DNA of 64,000 nucleotides from Eledone cirrhosa (GCA_964016885.1 OZ024741.1:67332001-67396000), one strand, 5' to 3'; numbered from the stretch's first letter, positions 24,002 through 36,620 are shown. Numbers and translations: made by a program. The notes: a model not told the origin generated them from the sequence alone.

Positions 24002-25093
24002 TTAGGTTGTTTGCGTTTGGGGGATTCTGGTGATGGTGATGGTGGTGTTGATGTTGGTGTTATTGGAAAGATGTTTGCGTGGGTGGTGTCTGCGTTTTCT
24101 ATTGTGGGTGATTTTGTGCTTTGTTGAGTTTTTTTGTTTGTTTTTGTGTTTCCTTTTTTGTATTTTGGGACATTTTGGTTTTCCCTCATCTTCACTACTG
24201 GTAGATGAGGGGTCTGTGCCTGTAAGTGGGTCTGTATGTATGTTTATGGTTTTATTGGTGTGTGTATTTTTGGGGGGAGGGGGAATTTGACAGCTTTCCT
24301 CGTTTTCCCCCTGGGCGGTCAATGTTGGTGGTAGTCTTTCTATTGGTGTTGTTGTTGGTGGTTTTGCCGGTGCTGGTGTTGGTTGTGGTCCTCGCCCCAA
24401 CGTCGGCAGCAGTGGAGCCTTTCGACCCCTTGCTTCTTTCAGCAGTCGAGGGCCGAAGGCTCGCAAATGGGTTTTTTCCCCACAAACAAAACACTGCGGC
24501 CTTTTGCCTTCTGTCATAATGTGAATGACCGTCCCATTCTGAAGGAGGATGTGGTCCTGGATTGTCTTCACATTCTCGAGCCTGATCTGGAGAAGGATCT
24601 CCAGGTCAACTCCGGACCAGTCCACTCTGGCCGTTTTGGTCACTTCTATAGGGACGGTATCCGTCCCCTCCACAATCACACATCCCAGAAGCCACCACAT
24701 GTCGAGTCCTGGTGGGAATCTAGGAATGCGGAGATGGGGCGTTTTTTTTCCCATGTGGGAGGGGTACATTATGATCTTGCTGGTTTTGCAAGGAGTCATA
24801 GCGTGTTTCATAGCGAGGGCTTCTGAGTTGAACAACACCGAAATGGTGCCGTACTGTCTGCCCCTCTCTATGTATTCGCTGTCTTCTCTGATGCACCTCA
24901 GCGCGATTTCGACATCTTCTTGTGGTATTAAAGCTGCCCTTTTGGTTTGTGCTGAGATGCATCTATAATGCACCGTTCTGCGCTCCACTGCCTCAATAGC
25001 TTCTACCGGGACAGTTAAGTTGGCCCAGGTTTGCTCTTGCTTGATGAGCTTCCATGCCTGGGCCAACTTTTCATCTTTGTTTGAGCGGTCCAT
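24002..25093 (-). CDS. ORF1 (gag-like, single zinc knuckle) of Tx1-like element 1, probably damaged
   Basis: EGKRPQCFVCGEKTHLRAFG matches EGRRPRCVVCGEGTHLRAFC in the second element. Pro/Thr-rich tail. Flanking low-complexity parts are in other frames. Confidence 0.75.
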   Translation of the reverse strand: MDRSNKDEKLAQAWKLIKQEQTWANLTVPVEAIEAVERRTVHYRCISAQTKRAALIPQEDVEIALRCIREDSEYIERGRQYGTISVLFNSEALAMKHAMTPCKTSKIIMYPSHMGKKTPHLRIPRFPPGLDMWWLLGCVIVEGTDTVPIEVTKTARVDWSGVDLEILLQIRLENVKTIQDHILLQNGTVIHIMTEGKRPQCFVCGEKTHLRAFGPRLLKEARGRKAPLLPTLGRGPQPTPAPAKPPTTTPIERLPPTLTAQGENEESCQIPPPPKNTHTNKTINIHTDPLTGTDPSSTSSEDEGKPKCPKIQKRKHKNKQKNSTKHKITHNRKRRHHPRKHLSNNTNINTTITITRIPQTQTT

Positions 25094-25755
25094 GTTGAAG
25101 CATGGCCTCTTTTTTGCTGCCGCCGCAGCGAAAGTGTTCTTCTTGTTTTCGTTGGGGGTGTTGTTGTCGTTGTCGTTGTTATGTTGGTGTTGTTGTTATC
25201 ACTGTCGCTGTTATCATTGTTGTCTTTGTTGCCACCGTTGTTCTCGGTGCAGTTGGTATTGTTGCTGTTGGTGTTGTCGCTATTTGTTTTCATGTTAGTG
25301 GTGTTGATATTGTTGTTGCATTTGTTATTTTTTTTTGTTTTGTTATCTGTATTTTCGTTGTCGCTATTACTGTCATTTTTTTTAAAATTAGAGTTCTCAT
25401 TGGTATCATTGGTGTCTTTGTTTACCTTGTTTGTGGTGGTGTTTGTGTTATCAATTTCTGTTAATTTCGCTGTAGCGCTCCTCTCAACTTCTACGTCGTT
25501 GTGGCACGACAGCAGACATATTGCTGGGGAGGGGGGCGTGGCTCAGCCATGTTTTTTTTTCTCCGTAAATTTTTTAACATGTAAAAAAAGTTCAAATATT
25601 TGGGCCAAGAGGCCCAAATATTATACTTTCCCCTTCACAGGGCAAAGTCTAAGGGCTTATATCCCTTATACAACAATAAATATTTAACAACAGATAATTT
25701 TAACAGGCAAATAAAGCGACTTACTGGCAGCGAGCAAAATACGTCCGATTAGACC

Positions 25756-25790
<35 letters not shown>
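25756..25790. repeat. (AAT)n microsatellite at the 5' end of Tx1-like element 1
   Basis: Direct read. Confidence 0.97.
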
Positions 25791-25792
<2 letters not shown>

Positions 25793-26139
25793 CCACTGCC
25801 TCGGTATCGACATCACCGCCACCACTGTCTCAGTATCGCTACCGCCGCCAATCATCCACTTCTTCCAGCTGGCTGCTGCGACCACATTATAGAATTCCTA
25901 CTACTAAAAAAGAGGAAGGCATCAAAATATATAGATAGACTCAAAAGAAAAAAGAAAAAACAAACAACAAAACCAAAGCAGCACAGCAACAACAGCAAAA
26001 AACGAGAAAAACAAACAGAGAAAAACAAAAACAAAAAAAAAAAAAAACGTAAAGAAAATAAGAATGAAGAGAGAAGCAGGCGGACGGACAGAGAAGAGGG
26101 GGGAAAAACTAAAACTAAAAAAACAAAAACTAAGTCAGA

Positions 26140-29100
26140 CATTCGAACACTACATTACAATGAAACTTATGCTTATTCATTTTTGAGGCCCTTTCTGCCT
26201 GTGTGTTTGTTTGTTTATGTGTGTTCGTATACAGCGTGGTGATAATGCCACACAAGGGGCAAGTGGAACGGCGAATCCACAGATGGCTATGTAACCATAC
26301 ATTCGCCAATCCTCGATAAGAGTGTTTAAATATCGAACATAAACAGTTCGAATAACGGTGAAATGGAGACTAGAACGTCATGTGACAGACTCTCACCCAA
26401 CAGGTGCCCCCTGGCTCAGCAGCAGGAACCTGACTGTCAACCAAATACTGCTGATGTTGGCGGAAGAAGAAGAAGGAAAGGGGCCAGAACCATCTGGACG
26501 AAAGAATTGAATAGAACTGTTATGCAATGTTACCTGAAAAGTAACCCCAAGGAGAGGGGCTACAGGAGACGGATGCATAACATCTGGAACGAGATTGGTC
26601 TATTTAAATTAGATGAACAAAAATTGGCCGGGCAGGCTCGGGTAATAAGAACTAATGGGTGGATAAGCGAGCTGGAACTGGAGGAACTGAGCAGAGAGAA
26701 TGGCTTGGAGATGGCGGGTGTAGTATGCCAGACAAGCGAGCCAGTGGGAAATGAAGGTGAAGAGGTCCTGAGAACGGAGGAACCACCCGAAGCAGACAAT
26801 GATCTGAATACTGAGATAAATAATACCTGGAACAGAGATACGGCCACTGAGGAGATGAATGCTGACGGGCTAGGACAAGATTCGGTTGACATCCTAAATT
26901 TAGTGGTAGATGAATTGAACAATGATAGTGGGAGACCTATGAACCTAAGATTTGTAGACAGGAAAAAGTTAAAAGAAACAACAGCTAAGGTAAACAAAGT
27001 CATCCCATACCTTGAGGCGAGGAGCCTTCACCAGTGCAACAATATCCTCAAAGCAACAGCAAATACAGTGAGGAAACTACTTGGTATAAAAGCGAGAGGA
27101 AACAACAGACAAGAAAGAGCAGAGCCGTGGTGGAAGAAACGACTGAGTGGTCAAATCGGGGAAATGAGAAATGACATAAGAAAGCTTGAGTCACTACTGA
27201 ATGGGACACTAAAAAACATAGGCACTAAAAATAGACTGGAAATAAAGTACAAAACTAGGAGGAAAAAGCTAAATATTATCATAGAGGAACTGAAGCAACG
27301 CATTGTAGCAAAGAGTGCAAAAATCAGGCGATACGAGAACAGAGTCAGTCAGTATAAACAGAACCGCATGTTCGACAACAACCAGAAGATGCTGTTTGGA
27401 CAGCTTGAGGGGAAAGAAAGAGGCAACGACTTGATCCCTGGGGCGGAACAAACTAAAACATTCTGGAGAGGAATATGGGAGCAGGATGTTAGACATAATG
27501 ACCAGGCAGGGTAGATTGAGGAAGTACAGAGGGAGATCGATGAGCAGGCACACCAACAAACTGATTTGAGTATCACAGTTGAAACTCTTAAGGGGCAGGC
27601 CAAAAAACTAACCAACTGGAACTCACCAGGCCCAGATGGTGTGCAGGGGTATTGGATTAAAAATTTAACATCCCTCCACCCGAAGCTGACGGCCATGTTC
27701 AATGACTGCTTGGTGTCGGGTGAGGTGCCAGAGTGGTTGACAAAAGGTACCACAGTTCTGATAATGAAAGACCGAATCAAGGGTAATGATGTTACCAACT
27801 ATAGACCTATCACATGTCTGTCCGTAGTGTGGAAACTGTTGACGTGCATTGTGTCTGAGGAAATCTACCATCACCTCCACACAAACAACTTGTTACCGGA
27901 CGAACAGAAAGGATGCCGAAAGAAGTCACGTGGTACAAAGGACCAGTTACTTATTGATAAGATGGTAATGGGGAATTGCAGGAGGAGACACACTGATCTT
28001 GCCATGGGATGGATAGACTACAGAAAGGCATTTGACATGGTGCCTCATTCTTGGATCACCAAAAGCCTGGAGATCTTCAGGGTGGCAGATAACATCAGAC
28101 AGTTGCTGGACAGGAGTATGGGGTCCTGGGAGACAGAGTTGACATCAACTGGAGTATCCTTGGGAAGCGTGAAGATCAAGAGAGGTATCTTCCAGGGAGA
28201 TAGCCTGTCCCCTCTGTTGTTTGTCCTTGCCCTGATGCCCTTGACCATTATGCTGCGAATGGTGAGAGCAGGATACAAGTTGGGAAAGGGAGAGCTTACC
28301 ATCAATCACCTCCTCTTCATGGACGATCTTAAGCTCTTCGGGAAAACTGAGAAGGAGTTGGATGTGCTTGTTGACACTGTCCGTATTTTCAGCAGTGATA
28401 TATGTATGCAGTTTGGTATTAGTAAATGTGGAGTCATTGTGATGAGGAGGGGTAGGTTGAGCAGAAGTAACGGGATCCAGATACCAACAGGTGAGATGAT
28501 AAAGGAAATTGACTCTGAGGAAGGATACAAATATTTGGGCGTTCTGGAGGCTGATGGCATAAAGAACAAAAAAATGAAGGAATTGTTAAGAACTGAATAC
28601 ATTCGGAGAGTAAGGAGCGTATTGAAGTCACATCTGAACAGCAGAAATGCCATAAGCGCAGTAAATTCCCGAGCTGTGTCTATTATTAGGTACAGTGCGG
28701 GAATTCTGAGATGGAATGTTGCTGAACAAAAAGAAATGGATAGGAAGACTAGGAAGCTATTGACTATCTACAACATGTTCCACAAGAGGAGTGATGTCGA
28801 TAGACTCTACCTAAGGAGATCTGAGGGTGGAAGAGGTCTTATCAGCATAGAGGACTGTGTTCAGATGGAGAAAAACAACCTATACAATTACGTGACCTAT
28901 AGTAAGGAGCCAATGCTCAGAACTGTACTGAAGGAGGGGACAGTAGGCCAGGGGATGTCCAAGGAGGAAATAACATCAAGGAGGAAGAGCAGCCTTAAGG
29001 GAAAATCCCTTCATAGTACCTTCTTTGAGAAAACTGAATTTAGAGATCCACAGACATGGAACTGGTTGAGAAGAGGAGACCTCAAAAAGGCTACAGAAGG

Positions 29101-29853
29101 AATGCTAATGGCTGCGCAGGAGCAGGCCCTCAAAACGAAGTGGTTGAAGCACCATATTTACAAGGAGGAGGCTAGCCCACTGTGCAGGATCTGTGGAGAG
29201 AGAGAGGAGACTGTGGCTCACATTGTGTCCGAGTGTAAACACCTAGCCCAGACCCACTATAAGGGCTGGAGACACGATGTGATGGGCAGGGTGATCCACT
29301 GGCACCTGTGCAAAGTAAACAATTTACCACATTCTGAGAAATGGTATGAGCATAGGCCAGAGGCGGTGATGGAGAACAATCAGGTGAAGGTGCTGTGGGA
29401 TTTTAGGATACAGACGGACAAAAAACTGGAACACAATAGACCTGACCTGGTGGTTGTGGACAAAGAAAAAAAGATCGTGTCTGATTGTGGATGTGGCCTG
29501 CCCTTTCGACACGAGAGTGCAAGAGAAGGAGAGGGAGAAAATTAACCGATACCAGGACCTAAAGTGGAAGGTGAAAAGGATTTGGGACTGCCATGAAGTC
29601 AAAGTGATCCCGATTGTCATAGGCGCACTGGGGACTATCTCCAAAAGTTTCCAGGGATGGTTAAAGAAAATCGGCCCCTTCACGCTTTTTGGAACGCTTC
29701 AAAAGGCATGCTTGCTTGGAACAGCAAGAACCCTCCGATACGTCCTGAATATCTGAGGCTGCAGGTAGTGGCTTGATATTCATTCCAACGGACTTTCCAG
29801 TTAACCAACATCAATGACTGAGATTCAAGGAATAACAACAATAATAATAATAA
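26140..29853 (+). mobile_element. Near full-length R4/Dong-like RLE non-LTR retrotransposon with (AAT)n tail
   Basis: Single-ORF organisation with RT, CCHC and restriction-like endonuclease. Short 3' UTR followed by AAT repeats. The 5' boundary is approximate. Confidence 0.92.
26363..29756 (+). pseudogene. RT-RLE polyprotein of the R4/Dong-like element, one premature stop and one frameshift
   Basis: Motifs: SPGPDGV, YRPITCL, DYRKAFD, GIFQGDSLSP, LFMDDLKL, CRIC..ETVAHIVSEC, RHD, NRPDLVVVD, IVDVACP, EKINRY. TAG at 27512-27514; frameshift in the A-run near 29470. Confidence 0.93.
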
Positions 29854-29866
29854 TGATGATGATGAT

Positions 29867-30017
29867 GGTACTTTATTTTATCTACCCCGCAAGAGTGAAA
29901 GGCAAAGCTAACCTGGGCGGGATTTGAACTCACAACATAAAGAGCCATAACTCTATGCTGCAAAGCATGTTTTCAGACGCTCTACCGATACTGCTAATCC
30001 ACCGCCAATTCACCGCC
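29867..30017 (-). mobile_element. tRNA-derived SINE fragment
   Basis: Matches the copies at 36.6-39 kb (GGTACTTTATTTTATC..GAAAGGCAAAG..GGGATTTGAACTC); B-box-like GAGTTCAAATCC on -. Confidence 0.85.
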
Positions 30018-30255
30018 AATAATAATGATTTCTTTATTAACCACAAGGGTTTACATAAAGTAGACATTAAGGAGAGTACAGGACAATACAGGGCGGTACA
30101 AATGGGCATTTCTGCGTGTAAAAAACAAGAAACCAATGAAAAAATTCCCCAAGGGGGGAGATTTCCGAGAGACATTCGTGGAGAAAGCCCATTAAAAAGC
30201 CGCAGTGACCCTGACTACTAGGGCAAGTGCCCTCTCCCAGTTTTCCACCTTTAAT

Positions 30256-33200
30256 TTACAGACACATACTCAGAGTAGGCCCATTCACTCGGGCCATTCT
30301 TGCCTCTCTCACCCATCTTTCAACAAAATGCTGGGAAGAGAGCACTTCTTTTTCTACTCTGATTTTCCTTTTAAAATGAAATTTGAAAAAGTTAATCAGG
30401 GCATCACTGAAGAGGTAAGTGCTCGTCTTCAGCCCTTTCAAACGTGTCCACCAAACTATCTCTTTGGCCATGGCCACCAGACAGATAAAAACTGCCTGCC
30501 CTTCCCGGCTAAAGGAAGAGGGCGCCGCAATCCTCACGATGATAGCCGGATCCGCCCTACACGCGACAGCAGGTGTTCGACATAAACCCACAAGTCAGCA
30601 ATTTTCGGACACTGGACGAGTGCGTGCAGGACGGTTTCGTCGACCTGCGCGTATCTCGACATGCCCGGCTGACGTCACCTCTATGCCTGTAGAGTTTATC
30701 TCGAACTGGCAAGGCTCCTCAGTAGCACTGCCAGGCCAGAGATTTCTGGAAGTTGTCCATAGGCCCCGGCACGAAAGTTCTTCCATAGACATTGGCTAGT
30801 TGATTTTCGTCGACGCTTAGAGTTTCTCTAAGTACGTCGTCGCTCTTCCACTCCACTAATCCTCTATAGAACGCTGAGGTGGAGTTTCCACGATCACATT
30901 GCCCGATTGGTCGAGGGCTGTGAGCGCCTGAAGACATTCCAGTCTCCAGGCGCTCCCTCTCGGTCCTCGCTCGACCCAGGACTGCAGCTCCGTCAAGGAA
31001 ACGAGCTGGGGAAACACGCGTCTAGCAAACGGCGACCACACCTGATCACCGTCGAGGAAGAGGTGGAGATGTCGTAGCCTGAGCGCGTGTCTGCGCATCA
31101 TCAGCCACGGCATGCCCAGCCCTCCACGTAGCGGGTGTTGACAACAGATGGACCGCCTGACCATCGGAGCGCGTCCCTTCCACAAAAAGCGAAAGAGCAA
31201 ACGCTCCAGAGCAGTCAGGCGGGGCTTAGGACAAGGTATGACTGTCAGGCGGTAGCAGATGACAGACGCGATGTATGCGTTAGCCACCTCCGCTCGACCT
31301 TTCAGGGATAGCTTCCTCTCGGCCCATTTCTGGGTGAGAGAAGCCACCCTGCTCGTCACCTGTTCCCAGTTTTTGTCCGTCTGGAGATCCGGACCGAACC
31401 AGACCCCGAGCAATTTAACTGATCCGTCCGTCCAGCGCCCGACGACGCTGTTGGACGGCATGGACCTGCCTCTCCAGGTGCCGAGCTGCAGGTCCACTGA
31501 CTTTTCCTGGTTGATCATTGCTCCTATCACCGCTTCGTATTCTCTTAGTGTAGTGCCGATCGCCTCGATGTGTTTGGCGTTCGACACCACTACGGTGACA
31601 TCGTCCGCATATGCTGACACGGATCTTCCGCATCCTAGTTCGCGCGGGACCCCCTCAACGTTTCCAGTTTGTGCAGTAATGGCTCGAGAGTCAATACGTA
31701 CAAGAGGGACGAGAGGGGACATCGTTGACGGACCGAGCGCATGATGTTGAACGGTTCCGAAAGGTGACCGTTCACTCTCACTCCAGCCTCTGAAGACGGG
31801 CCCAAAGCCAGCCGCCCTCAGGACTGCCGCTAGGTAACGATGGTCGACCCTATCGAAAGCTTTCGACTGATCTAAATTGATCGAGGACCCACCTGTGCCA
31901 GGTTCCCTAGCTACCCTCTCTACGATGTATCGCATGAGGTGGAGGTTGTCGTGGATGGATCTGTCGGGAATGGCGCATGTCTGCGCCTCTCCCACCAGAC
32001 CACCAACGACAAGCGCCAACCTCTTTGCTAGTACCTTGACCAAAATCTTGAACTCTGTGTTTAGCAGAGTTATGGGCCTAAAATTATCTATGTTATCCCC
32101 CTTGTTCGGATCCTTTCTCAGCAGCGCCACAGCTCCTCGGCTCACAGAGCTGGGAATTCTCCCGTTCTGTTGCCAGTTGCAGTAGACGTCCGCCAAGAGG
32201 CCTCCGAACAAGTCTGGCATCTGTACGTAAAGTTCATAGGGCAGACCTTCCAAACCAGGCAATTTACCCCTTGTGCAGCTAGTCATTGCCTCCCGTACTT
32301 CAGCGGCTGTTATCGGCTTTTCGCAACACTCCGCCTCAGTGGCCGAGATCCGCGGCAGTCCGTCGAGGTAGACACAAAAGTCCATCCCTCGATCCGGCCC
32401 GCCACTGCCCCCGAACAACTGAGCGAAGTGTCGCTGAAAAGCTTCACACATTTGCCCGGGATCGAGTAGCATGCGCCCATCGTGGTCCACCAAAGACCGG
32501 ATCGTGGCTTTGTTGCCACGACGCGCCTCTGCCACTCGGGCCCATTGAACGGCTTTCGTTCCCTCGTGTCTGAGAGCACGCACCCTAGCTCTGACAACGC
32601 AGCCTTCGTGCTTTGCATTGAAGAATCGGTCAAGGGCCAATTTCGCCGCAAGTACGTCGGTCGCGATGCCTTTGCTAAGCGCCTCGTCTAATTTTCTAAC
32701 TAATTCTCCCTCTGCTCTATTTTTCTCTATTGCTAAAGCCTTACTAAACCTAATGGACTCTATTCTAATTGCTCTATTCAGAGCAAACCACCACTTGTTG
32801 TTGACGATTGTCCCCGTCAACGCCCGCTTAACTAGTTCGCTGATCCGGTCTATGTAGGCCTTGCGCGCTGGTAAGGACGCGTTTAGCTTCCAGTAGCCGG
32901 GTCCTCGTCTATGAAGCCTATCTAAGTCAAGCACACAGATCACGAATTTGTGGTCCGTGTAGCTGACTATCTTGAATTGTGGACAGCCTATGCTAGACCT
33001 ATCTATTTCCTACAAAATACTCTATCTAGATATGATCTGGATGACCCTATGCGATTTGTCCAAGTCCACATTGGCACATTCGGGAAATCCAATCGGTACC
33101 TGTCAGACAGTTCAAAACGCCTGAGCAGGTTGGTGAGGCTCTTGCACCCTCCTCCCCTATGCGCTAATCCCACACAGTCCCAGCGTGCATCTAAGATCCC

Positions 33201-33629
33201 GTTCCAGTCGCCCACTAACACTAAAAAGCGGGACGTTCCAAGAAAGGTCTCCAGACGCCGCAAGAAATCAGGCCGCCCTGCTCCTGTCGGGGCATAGACG
33301 GCCACTAGCCTGAAAGCTTGCCCTTCTCCGCTGGTCACGTCTAGCACCACCAACTTATTTGCTGGGTCCAGGAAGATGGCCCGTGTGGCGAGTTCCAAAC
33401 CTCTCCGAAAAAGCACAGCAACTCCTCCCCCCGATCCCGGACGGCTGGGAGATGCGTACACATCGTAGCCGCCGAAGATCGGTGCGAAGGCCCGTGCTTC
33501 GGAGATTCTGGTCTCGCTGATGGCCACTACATCTATGTTTAGTGACCTGAGGCCGTTGAGCAGGTAGCCCTGCTTCCATGACGACCCCAAGCCACGCGCA
33601 TTTATGCTGCCTATTCTGAGTGAGGTCAT
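30256..33629 (-). pseudogene. ORF2 (APE endonuclease, RT, CCHC) of Tx1-like element 2, disrupted
   Basis: Motifs: GSINARGL, AISET, VYAP, GDWN, SYLDRVF, YWKLN, FRPITLLN, DQSKAFDRVDH, AYADD. Stop at 33003; frameshifts near the 3' end. Confidence 0.93.
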
Positions 33630-34155
33630 GTTGAAATGGAGTGTAAAAGATGGGAAAGACCACTTACCTTACTTCTTGTAGAGGAAGGATGGTGTGTCCA
33701 TCCTTTTCACTGCTTGTGGCCTCCTCCGGAAGGATGTCCTTATAAATCCTCCTGGAGAGTGTTTGTCGGAAGTCTCCGATGTCTTTGGGGAATTTTTGTT
33801 TTAGAGTCGTGTACGTTTTCTGTGTGATGCGAGTGATTTGTATGTGTAGAGGTGGTGTGAACTTTTGGGTTGTTGTGTAGTCTTTTTCTGTGATGCTGGT
33901 GTTGTGTTTCATGTAGTGTAATAATTGGTTGTTGTTCAAATTTAATGTTGTGTAGTGTGTATCGTTTTGGTTGTTTTGTTTTTTGCTGGCGTTTGTTGTG
34001 GGTTTGTTTCTGTTACGCTTTTTGGTGACTTTTGTGGTGTTGGTGATTGTGGTGTTGGGGTTAATGATGGTGATGGTGTTGGTGTTTGTGGTGATGGGGT
34101 TAGTGATGCTGGTGTGGATGGTGGCATATCTGTCTTAACTTTCTTGTTTGATAAT

Positions 34156-35364
34156 TTATTTGTTTCCCTCTGTATTTTTTTTTGAGGGGGAGGGAAGAGA
34201 ATTTTTTCTTTTTTGGTTTCTTTTTTTCTTTTTTCCTGATACCGTTTCCCACTCCTCGTCGTCACAATCTGTCTCCAGTTGCGATAAGCTGGAGAGTGGA
34301 AAATCCTCCACAGGCGTTGGTTTTGGTTGTGGCGTGGTGTATGGTGTAGGCGCTGATGCTAGTTCTGTGGCGTTCGGTGATGGTGGTGTTGGTTTTGCTA
34401 CTGTTGCTGGGGTTGTTGCTGTTACAGTTGCTTCTGTTGTTGTTGCTACAGTTGTTGCTGCCATTTCTGCTGCTGGTGGTGTTGATGGTTGAGTCACTGG
34501 GGTGGGTAAGAGAGGTGGCCTCAACCGTTTAGCCTGAGGGCAGAAAGCCCTTAGGTGGGTTCCTTCACCACAAACGACACACCTAGGTCTTCTGCCCTCG
34601 ACGATTACGGTGAGGTGGCTGCCGTCAGTGACGTCTATTATCTCTGGGATCTCCTCAATGCTTTTATGGTCCGCTTGGATCAGGAGCTCCATCCCAGATC
34701 CGGACCAGTTCTCCTGCTTTTCTTTTGATATTTCTATTATTTTGGTGTTGGCCTCGATGCCAGCGAGGACGGCAGCCATTAGCCAGGGAATTGCGATGGC
34801 CGGTGGAACGTGGGTCACCCTGATCTTCACAAGTCTCTGGCCACAATAGCTTGGGATGAGTGTGAAGTCGTCACTTCTTAATGGGGCCATGGAGCGTTCT
34901 CTGACCTCCTGTGGTGTTTCAAAGAACACGTCCACGGTTCCATACTTCTGCCCACGTCTGATGTGGGTTTTTTTGGCCCACACATGTCCCAAAGCTTTTT
35001 TGATTTGGGACTCGGATGCCCGTTCCACTCGGCGCGATTTTATGTTTATTGTCCGATAAGACACGGTGCATAGGCGACATTGCGACATTTTATTAGATGT
35101 GTGTGTGTGTGTGGTGGGGGGGGGGGGGCTGACCCTGTACCCATCTTTCTTTACCATTCCTTTGGCTTCTTCTAATTCCTCCTGAGTTACCTGGATCGCT
35201 TCGCACGTTTTTGCTACTCTGGCAAAACTCAGGGTAGTTTTCTTAATTTCATTGTTGCTGTTGTTGTTATCGTTATTTTTGCTATTGTTAATTTTAGTTT
35301 CAGTTGTGGTGGTCGTGGCGTCAGTGGTGTTCGGTGTGGAAGAGTTCATTTTGGTTGAATTCAT
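34156..35364 (-). CDS. ORF1 (gag-like CCHC knuckle) of Tx1-like element 2
   Basis: 402 aa with CVVCGEGTHLRAFC. Lies upstream of ORF2. The C-terminal extension is frameshifted (33664-34265). Confidence 0.82.
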   Translation of the reverse strand: MNSTKMNSSTPNTTDATTTTTETKINNSKNNDNNNSNNEIKKTTLSFARVAKTCEAIQVTQEELEEAKGMVKKDGYRVSPPPPTTHTHTSNKMSQCRLCTVSYRTINIKSRRVERASESQIKKALGHVWAKKTHIRRGQKYGTVDVFFETPQEVRERSMAPLRSDDFTLIPSYCGQRLVKIRVTHVPPAIAIPWLMAAVLAGIEANTKIIEISKEKQENWSGSGMELLIQADHKSIEEIPEIIDVTDGSHLTVIVEGRRPRCVVCGEGTHLRAFCPQAKRLRPPLLPTPVTQPSTPPAAEMAATTVATTTEATVTATTPATVAKPTPPSPNATELASAPTPYTTPQPKPTPVEDFPLSSLSQLETDCDDEEWETVSGKKKKRNQKRKNSLPSPSKKNTEGNK

Positions 35365-35516
35365 TTCGATATCACGAGTTAAATTATTTTTTCTTTTGTT
35401 TCTGTTGTCGCTGTGGTGGTGGTGGTGGTGGTGGTGGTGGTTGTCGCGGTGGTGGTGGTGGCGGCTTTAACACCTGCAGTCATTGGTAATGGCTGGAAAT
35501 GAACGTCTGCCTGAGA

Positions 35517-35698
35517 TAAATTTAAAATATTGCTACTGCTTACAACTCCAGTGTTGGCAAACGTAGCAATATTTACACTGGTGGTGTCGGTGTGAGGTGT
35601 TGGATTGTAAATTTAAAATATTGCTACTGCTTACAACTCCAGTGTTGGCAAACGTAGCAATATTTACACTGGTGGTGTCGGTGTGAGGTGTTGGATTG
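35517..35698. repeat. Two-copy 91-bp tandem duplication in the Tx1 5' UTR
   Basis: 35517-35607 repeats at 35608-35698. Each unit has an internal inverted repeat AATATTGCTAC/GTAGCAATATT. Confidence 0.93.
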
Positions 35699-35943
35699 TG
35701 AGGAAGGAGTGACACTGAGTCATCCATTATTTTTCAAAGAAAAATTTTTTGTTTGATAATTATAAAAAGTTTAAATTTTGGGCTCAAGGCCTCAATATTT
35801 TTGAGTGTCCTTTTCAGAAATCAATGTATGTGCACTTATATACAGTTAACAATAAACATTTTCCATAAATGGCAATTTTAAAGAACTGAAAATAACAAAC
35901 CTTTGCGGAGCTCACGATGATACGATTTACTACATAGGTCGCC

Positions 35944-35980
<37 letters not shown>
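35944..35980. repeat. (AAT)n microsatellite
   Basis: Direct read. Confidence 0.97.
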
Positions 35981-36172
35981 GTTTCATTTATTGGCCACAA
36001 GGGCCGATATATAGTGGACAATACAAAAGACAGGCACAGTTGGGGTTTACATATACAACGTGTAAACAATATAAATAACAATAACAAAATAACAATAAAA
36101 ATACAACAAGGAAAATTTCCCAATAGGGGGGATGACCACCCAGGGTTCATTCAGGTACCCCGCCAATCCTGA
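35981..36172 (-). mobile_element. 3' UTR stub of a third Tx1-like insertion
   Basis: Homologous to 21706-21903 (CCCAATAGGGGGGATGACCACCCAGGGTTC..CAGGTACCC). Confidence 0.88.
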
Positions 36173-36620
36173 TTAAAACTAATAATGATAATGGTTTCTT
36201 TCTTTCTTTCTTTATTATTTTTTCTAGCAAAGCAATAATTACGTCAATATTAATGGCGATGCTAATCATTTGAATATCATAATGAAGCGGATTGCGACAA
36301 TGATGATAATAGTTACCAATAAGATAATAATAATAATTATTTATTTATTTATTTATTTCTCACATGTTATGAAACCTGCTGCTATTAAGTGAAGGTGTTG
36401 AAATATTGCGTGTTAATATTTGGATGACGGAGGTCTTCATCAACATCATTAATATTGCTGTTGTCAGTTCCTAAGAACAACAGCAACAATATGAATTACG
36501 GTAGTAACTAAGTCAACAACAAGAACATCTATAAACCAACAAAAATGGTTCTACAACATCTGTCGACATGCTAGAAATAGCAGCCAAAACTCGCTCAAAT
36601 CGGAATTCTTCCCTTATCAA

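Larger units (their letters stand above)
21706..25755 (-). mobile_element. Tx1-like (L1 group) non-LTR retrotransposon, internally deleted, flanked by (AAT)n
   Basis: Contains ORF1 with a zinc knuckle and ORF2 fragments (LDQSKAFDRVDH, AYAGD, LSLKGRA, GGLGMP, CPKC..ETVLHALVQC). AATAAA-like 3' end next to the (ATT)n tract. Homologous to 30026-35943. Confidence 0.9.
30026..35943 (-). mobile_element. Near full-length Tx1-like non-LTR retrotransposon flanked by (AAT)n
   Basis: 5' UTR, ORF1, ORF2 (APE-RT-CCHC) and 3' UTR ending TAATAAAGAAATC(ATT)n. Confidence 0.93.

Noticed and set aside
26140-29853. rDNA-inserted R2/R4 element
   Set aside because: No rRNA sequence in the flanks; the tail is (AAT)n.
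21715-35489. Many small ORFs antisense to or overlapping the retrotransposon ORFs
   Set aside because: Shadow frames of the LINE coding sequence or of low-complexity tracts.
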